Assembly (NCBI GenBank): GCA_051382305.1
Contig: JBBCAV010000017.1
Coordinates: 1 to 11,914 of the forward strand
DNA length: 11,914 bases
Origin: Bdellovibrionota bacterium FG-2
GTDB taxonomy: Bacteria; Bdellovibrionota; UBA1018
Direction of reading: 5' to 3'
Position 1 is the stretch's first letter, and each line of letters opens with the position of its first letter. The translations under genes and the position numbers were made by a program. This document shows, piece after piece, positions 7,418-11,914 of this stretch. The notes under the pieces were generated by a model. That model was not told where the DNA came from. It ran no database searches and saw nothing but the letters and a program-made list of their open reading frames with translations.

Positions 7418-7831
7418 TAGCTCGTAGAAAGTGAAAATCGAAAGAGGTTCACTTTCGCGGCAGCTATCAGATGAAAATCTAATGGCTGTCTGCTTGCGTG
7501 AGATGCGACCCTTATTCTTACGTGGGCAGATTTCCAAGGTCCCCAAGAACCTTGGGATCGAGAAAAGCGTGAAGAACGTTTTCGCTCTGAGGGGTGGATC
7601 CTACTACCTCAGCGACCAGAATCATAAGGGATTGAGAAGCAAGATTGAGGTCGTTGTCCGAAAAGGCTTTGGACACAGGGAGTTTAGGATTGAGTATTCA
7701 ATTGGGAGCTCAATCCGCGCGGACTCGAGATCAATTGGAACTCGAAGTCAGCAACGGAGTGAAAACTGCTGCAGAAGCCGAAGCAGTCCGGAGGTCGGAG
7801 ATGCCAATAACATCTCCGACCTACTTTTTTT
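7418..7831 (+). ncRNA. Candidate large structured non-coding RNA (unassigned)
   Basis: About ten consecutive hairpins found by eye, three capped by GAAA tetraloops. G-U pairs work only on the + strand. There is a long-range closing stem and a 3' intrinsic terminator. No match by eye to RNase P, tmRNA, SRP or 6S signatures. Confidence 0.45.
7792..7831 (+). terminator. Intrinsic terminator-like hairpin
   Basis: Perfect 12-bp stem AGGTCGGAGATG (7792-7803)/CATCTCCGACCT (7811-7822) with a 7-nt loop, then AC and T7 (7825-7831). Overlaps the stop codon of the convergent Rrf2 gene. Confidence 0.7.
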
Positions 7832-8222
7832 GGGGGCTGATCAATTCAGCGACTGTGACTTCGCGAAAAGATTTTTCTACCAGTGCAGTCGCATCATCTA
7901 ATTTGCGATGAAGTGGGCACAGATTCTTGCCGTGATCTTTTCGTTTTAGGGGGCAGCTCAGGATGCGGGGGAGGGGATCCACGGCTTGCACGATTTCATA
8001 AATGGTGAGCTCGTTTGGTGGGCGTGTGAGGGTAAAACCGCCGCCGAGTCCGCGCTGCGAGTTGACAAGATTGGCCTTGCTAAGATTTTGAAGTACTTTG
8101 GAGAGATATCCGGCGGGAGCTTTCGTCGCTTCGGCGATTTGTTGAGTCGTGCGGGGGCGATCAGATTCTTCTGCCATGAAAAGGATTGCGCGGAGAGCAT
8201 ATTCGGCAGTCTGGGATATCAT
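7821..8222 (-). CDS. Rrf2-family transcriptional regulator (probable Fe-S/NO sensor), 133 aa
   Basis: MISQTAEYALRA...YLSKVLQNL...SQRGLGGGFTL...TIYEIVQAVD winged-HTH signature with C-terminal CPL..H....CPLH. The start is ATG 8222. The longer track ORF (to 8390) runs through the norB promoter and start. Confidence 0.93.
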   Translation of the reverse strand: MISQTAEYALRAILFMAEESDRPRTTQQIAEATKAPAGYLSKVLQNLSKANLVNSQRGLGGGFTLTRPPNELTIYEIVQAVDPLPRILSCPLKRKDHGKNLCPLHRKLDDATALVEKSFREVTVAELISPQKK

Positions 8223-8268
8223 AATTGCATTTAATAGCAAATGACGGCTAAAAACAAGGTGTAAAATA

Positions 8269-8314
8269 AAATTGGATATCTGGACCTTGACGTCCAATTT
8301 AGAAGGAGTATATT
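8269..8314 (+). promoter_or_regulatory. norB sigma70-type promoter overlapped by a palindromic putative Rrf2 operator
   Basis: -35 TTGACG (8287-8292), 16 nt, -10 TATATT (8309-8314). Dyad TGGAC-N6-GTCCA (8281-8296) is centred on the -35, with outer arms AAATTGGA (8269-8276)/TCCAATTT (8293-8300). SD AGAGGAG at 8332-8338. Confidence 0.6.
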
Positions 8315-8345
8315 TAAGGAAACGGTCAACAAGAGGAGAATTAAG

Positions 8346-10691
8346 ATGGGGCACCAAAAGAGTTACCAAAAGAATTACAGGGATAGTCATAAGAAGCTTT
8401 GGGTCATCCTGGGATTAGTCGTGGGAGCGTCGTTTCTTACTTTAGGGTACTATGGCGCGGAGCTTTATCGCCAAGCGCCGCCGATTCCGCAAACAGTGCG
8501 CACGCAAAGTGGCACGGAACTTTTCACTGGGCAAATGATCAAGGATGGCCAGAACGTTTGGCAATCCATGGGCGGCCAGGAAAGTGGCAGCATCTGGGGA
8601 CACGGCGCTTATGTTGCCCCGGACTGGTCAGCGGACTGGCTTCATCGAGAGGCGACTACTCTGCTCGAGATCTATGCACAACAGTCCCATAGCAAAGCTT
8701 TTGCGCAATTGGACGAAAAAGACCAACTCCTGCTTCGGGCACGCCTTAAAAAAGAAATGCGCACGAACAGCTATAATGAGAAAACAGGCGAACTCGTGAT
8801 CTCCAATGAACGAGCGCAAGCGATCGCCAAAGTGAGCGAACATTATACGGCCCTGTTCGGGGACAAGCCTGAGCTCGCGTCGCTACGAAGCTCTTATGCG
8901 ATTCCGCCTAACACGATTAAGGACGGACAGCGCCAGATTTTGATGAATTCATTCTTCTTCTGGGCGGCGTGGGTTAGTGCCACTGAGCGCTCCGGAAGTG
9001 CTGTCACCTATACGAATAATTGGCCAGCCGAAGAGCTGATCGGAAACACCCCTGCGCCGCCACTTGTAATTTGGTCGATCCTAAGTTTTGTCTTATTGCT
9101 TGCGGGAGTTGGGGCATTGAGCTGGTATTATGCCGCAAGACGGGGTGCGACCGAAGAGCCGCTTATCACACCAAGCCGTGACCCTCTGTTTAATCTTCAT
9201 CTTACGCCATCGATGCAGGCCACCCTAAAATATTTTTGGATCGTCGCCGCGCTCATTTTAGTTCAAATCGGGCTTGGCGCAATCACGGCTCATTATGGGG
9301 TCGAAGGCCAAGGCTTCTATGGAATCCCTCTGGCGAAGTACCTGCCCTATGCTCTGACTCGGACTTGGCATACGCAGCTGGGGATTTTCTGGATCGCCAC
9401 CGCATGGCTCGCTACCGGTTTGTTTGTGGCTCCGGCGATTTCCGGTCAAGAGCCCAAATTTCAGCGTTTGGGCGTAAATTTTCTATTCGTGTGTTTGCTC
9501 ATTATTGTCGTGGGTTCGTTTGTGGGTCAAGCCTTCTCGCTTCAGCAAAAACTTGGATTTGAAGCGGGGTTCTGGTTTGGTCATCAGGGCTATGAGTATG
9601 TGGATCTCGGAAGATTCTGGCAGATTTTCCTTTTTGTGGGGCTCTTTGTGTGGCTGTTTCTCATGGGCCGAGCCCTCTTGCCTGCGTTGCGAAAGCCCGG
9701 TGAGGGACGCAGTTTGCTCATGCTCTTTGTGCTTTCGGCCGGCGCGATTGGTCTGTTTTACGGGGCAGGCTTAATGTGGGGCAGGCAAACCAATCTCGCG
9801 ATCGCTGAATACTGGCGTTGGTGGGTGGTCCATCTCTGGGTTGAAGGGTTCTTCGAAGTCTTTGCCGTGGCCGTGATTGGATTACTCTTTAGTCGACTGG
9901 GTCTGGTTCGAGTTTCAACGGCGAGTACGTCGATCCTTGCTTCTACTGCAATCTTCTTAACGGGAGGAATTCTCGGCACGTTTCATCATCTCTATTTTAC
10001 GGGGACCCCGACCGTGATTTTGGCGCTGGGCTCTTGTTTTAGCGCGTTGGAGATTGTGCCGTTGGTGCTCGTGGGACATGAAGCGTACGAGCACCTCTCG
10101 CTTGCGCGGGCAGACTCAAATGCGTCTCATCGTCAATGGATCCAGCAGTACAAGTGGCCCATTTACTTTTTTGTCGCCGTAGCCTTCTGGAATCTCGTGG
10201 GCGCGGGGATTTTTGGATTTCTCATTAATCCCCCGATAGCACTTTATTATGTGCAGGGCCTGAACACGACTGCCGTGCACGGACATGCCGCTTTATTTGG
10301 CGTTTACGGAATGCTCGGCATCGGACTCATGCTTTTTTGCCTAAGAAAAATGTCAGGCACGCGCGAGTGGAACGGAAAGCTGCTTAGCTTCGCATTTTGG
10401 TCGATCAATGTGGGACTCGCGCTCATGATCGTCTTGAGTTTGCTGCCCGTGGGCATCTTGCAAGCGATCGCAAGCATTGAGCACGGAATGTGGTATGCAC
10501 GCTCCGCCGAGTTTATGCAAACCGATTTGATGCAGACGCTTAAATGGATGCGGGCGATTGGTGACACGATTTTTGCACTTGGAGCTGGAGTTTTAGTTTT
10601 GTTCATTGTGGGACTAAAAACAGGCTGGTCTTATGTTCCAGAGGCGGGCTCGCGCCTGGAGTCTTTGAGTGGAATTGAAGAGAAAGCATGA
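8346..10691 (+). CDS. norB: Quinol-dependent nitric oxide reductase (qNor, single-subunit NorB/NorZ)
   Basis: GSIWGHGAYVAPDWSADWLHRE, YTNNWP, AHYGVEG, RTWHTQL, GYEYVDLGRFWQ, WRWWVVHLWVEGFFEVF, GTFHHLYF, SALE, HGHAALFGVYG and GD motifs; multiple TM helices; 781 aa. Confidence 0.97.
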   Translation: MGHQKSYQKNYRDSHKKLWVILGLVVGASFLTLGYYGAELYRQAPPIPQTVRTQSGTELFTGQMIKDGQNVWQSMGGQESGSIWGHGAYVAPDWSADWLHREATTLLEIYAQQSHSKAFAQLDEKDQLLLRARLKKEMRTNSYNEKTGELVISNERAQAIAKVSEHYTALFGDKPELASLRSSYAIPPNTIKDGQRQILMNSFFFWAAWVSATERSGSAVTYTNNWPAEELIGNTPAPPLVIWSILSFVLLLAGVGALSWYYAARRGATEEPLITPSRDPLFNLHLTPSMQATLKYFWIVAALILVQIGLGAITAHYGVEGQGFYGIPLAKYLPYALTRTWHTQLGIFWIATAWLATGLFVAPAISGQEPKFQRLGVNFLFVCLLIIVVGSFVGQAFSLQQKLGFEAGFWFGHQGYEYVDLGRFWQIFLFVGLFVWLFLMGRALLPALRKPGEGRSLLMLFVLSAGAIGLFYGAGLMWGRQTNLAIAEYWRWWVVHLWVEGFFEVFAVAVIGLLFSRLGLVRVSTASTSILASTAIFLTGGILGTFHHLYFTGTPTVILALGSCFSALEIVPLVLVGHEAYEHLSLARADSNASHRQWIQQYKWPIYFFVAVAFWNLVGAGIFGFLINPPIALYYVQGLNTTAVHGHAALFGVYGMLGIGLMLFCLRKMSGTREWNGKLLSFAFWSINVGLALMIVLSLLPVGILQAIASIEHGMWYARSAEFMQTDLMQTLKWMRAIGDTIFALGAGVLVLFIVGLKTGWSYVPEAGSRLESLSGIEEKA

Positions 10692-10714
10692 AGGAGGATA
10701 TATGAGGATATTTT

Positions 10715-11053
10715 ATGATGAAAAATGAAAAAGGACGCTTACCGCCCGCTGAAGCTCTGCGCTTGGATCAGTTAATTGAGTATGCCTCAGGGGCAGTGGT
10801 CAGTAAGACGCTTCTTAAAGAGGAGAAGGGCACGCTGACGCTCTTTGCCTTTGATGAAGGTCAGGGACTCAGTGAGCACACGGCGCCATTTAATGCCGTG
10901 GTGCAAATCTTAGATGGAAACGCAGTGATCGTGATTGGGGGCAAGGACGTACCTGCCAAAACGGGGGATATCGTGCTAATGCCCGCAAACATCTCGCACG
11001 CGCTCAAGGCTCCGCAACCCTTCAAAATGCTCTTAACGATGATTCGGCAATAG
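10715..11053 (+). CDS. Cupin domain protein (cupin_2-like)
   Basis: TLTLFAFDEGQGLSEHTAP...VQILDG...GDIVLMPANISHALKA cupin motifs; 23 nt downstream of norB. The start could be ATG 10715 or 10718. Confidence 0.9.
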   Translation: MMKNEKGRLPPAEALRLDQLIEYASGAVVSKTLLKEEKGTLTLFAFDEGQGLSEHTAPFNAVVQILDGNAVIVIGGKDVPAKTGDIVLMPANISHALKAPQPFKMLLTMIRQ

Positions 11054-11132
11054 CGGTTTCCCCTTGCGTAACGCCGCGCAACGGCATATAGCTCCTGCGA
11101 TCAACGAATTAGCAATAGTCACAGGAGTATCT

Positions 11133-11914
11133 ATGAAATCTAGTTTTGTTGCGCTTTTCGCGCTTGTGATATCGGTTGTCTTTACGGTCCCGTCATTCGC
11201 TGGTGACGAGCCGATGATTGAAATCAATGCGAGCGTCGACTCGCGTTTTGATTCTCCCTACACCACGGGCAATGATTGGGCGGTTATCCCGTCCTATAGC
11301 GCAACGGTCGGTGGGAAATTCAACTATTGGAAGATCGATGCCGAAGCCGAACTCACCGCGCAAGAAGGGGATGGCCTCAATTTTGAGTTTCGTGGCTCCG
11401 CCGGACTTCTCTTTTTAAAGCTTCATGAAATCTACGTCCGAACGGGCGGGGCGCAAGGCGAAGAAAAAAGGGCGATGCTCGGTTTAGGGGGGAGTGTTGA
11501 TCTTCCCGCGAGCTTAGGAAAACTCACCGCAAGTGTGGGCGCAATGGGTATCTTGTGGCAACGCCCCAAGGGCGCAGCCGGTGCAAGCGGTGTTGAGCAG
11601 CAAATGCTCGGCCTCTACGCAGGGGCAACACTTTTCATGCATATTTGGCGATTTGAAAACGAACTTAGGGTCGCCTACTACGCTTCTCCGCGTATAGATC
11701 TTTCGCTTGGATCGATGTCTTCCGGCACCCAGGACATTTCGGGTGTCTGGTCAAAAAACGGACTCATTGCATCTGATCGTCTTTACTTCAGGGCGATCAA
11801 GTTGCCCTTTATGTCCTTTGGACCCGACCTTCGCGCGGCGGTGGAACAGCTTCCTGATGGCACGGAGTGGGTAGTTACCGCGGGCATCGGCGGAACGTTC
11901 GGTTCATCAGGTTT
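11133..11914 (+). CDS. Putative outer-membrane beta-barrel protein, 3'-truncated by the window edge; not in the ORF track
   Basis: CAGGAG SD at 11122-11127, ATG 11133, frame open to the window end (260 codons). Signal peptide MKSSFVALFALVISVVFTVPSFA followed by amphipathic strands (SYSATVGGKFNYW, FEFRGSAGL, LGLYAGATLFMHIW, WVVTAGIGGTF). Confidence 0.75.
   Translation, partial: MKSSFVALFALVISVVFTVPSFAGDEPMIEINASVDSRFDSPYTTGNDWAVIPSYSATVGGKFNYWKIDAEAELTAQEGDGLNFEFRGSAGLLFLKLHEIYVRTGGAQGEEKRAMLGLGGSVDLPASLGKLTASVGAMGILWQRPKGAAGASGVEQQMLGLYAGATLFMHIWRFENELRVAYYASPRIDLSLGSMSSGTQDISGVWSKNGLIASDRLYFRAIKLPFMSFGPDLRAAVEQLPDGTEWVVTAGIGGTFGSSG

Noticed and set aside
7427-7500. c-di-GMP-I (GEMM) riboswitch or hammerhead ribozyme in the GAAA hairpins
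   Set aside because: The GEMM GGCAAA/GACGCAAA junction elements and the hammerhead CUGANGA core are not present.
7832-7853. GGGGGCTGAT resembling a tmRNA 5' end
   Set aside because: It lies inside the rrf2 coding sequence, with no GGATTCGAC, tag frame or T-arm/CCA end.
7431-7901. 156-aa + strand ORF (and the 88-aa ORF 7645..7911)
   Set aside because: No SD and no recognisable domain. Both run through the terminator hairpin and overlap the convergent rrf2 3' end. The region is better explained as structured RNA, although coding cannot be fully excluded.
8287-8300. FNR/DNR box at the norB promoter
   Set aside because: TTGAC is not followed by ATCAA/GTCAA at 4-nt spacing.
8223-8390. 56-aa N-terminal extension of Rrf2 in the ORF track
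   Set aside because: It covers the AT-rich divergent promoter and the norB start. Rrf2 homology begins at MISQTAEY (ATG 8222).
8346-10691. Possible NO dismutase (Nod) rather than qNor
   Set aside because: All canonical qNor residues are present: HLWVEG, both His of GTFHH, SALE, HGH, and quinol-site AHYGVE and GD. Nod-like enzymes show substitutions at these sites.
156-11418. Remaining short ORFs in the six-frame track
   Set aside because: They are antisense or alternate-frame shadows of the well-supported genes, with no SD or recognisable motifs.

Overview
A bacterial chromosomal window of about 50% GC. The gene content (a sigma28-type promoter, orphan beta-barrel proteins, several TPR proteins) suggests a Bdellovibrionota/deltaproteobacteria-like organism, but that is inference only. 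From left to right it holds: (1) a three-gene cluster of a YdjI-like SPFH protein with a C-terminal Zn ribbon and no in-frame canonical start, a Zn-ribbon/TPR protein, and a small membrane protein; (2) two tiny Lys/Arg-rich proteins flanking a TPR gene; (3) a disrupted rlmF (no start codon, internal TAA); (4) a sigma28 (FliA)-like promoter ahead of a small secreted peptide, an outer-membrane beta-barrel protein and a periplasmic DsbD-N/thioredoxin/TPR protein; (5) a roughly 410-nt intergenic stretch that folds almost end to end into + strand hairpins and ends in an intrinsic terminator; (6) an Rrf2 regulator divergent from a canonical quinol-dependent NO reductase (norB) and a cupin, with a palindrome over the norB -35 box; (7) a further beta-barrel-like gene running off the right edge. 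Item 5 is the best candidate for an undescribed element, a large structured ncRNA. All RNA folding was done by eye.
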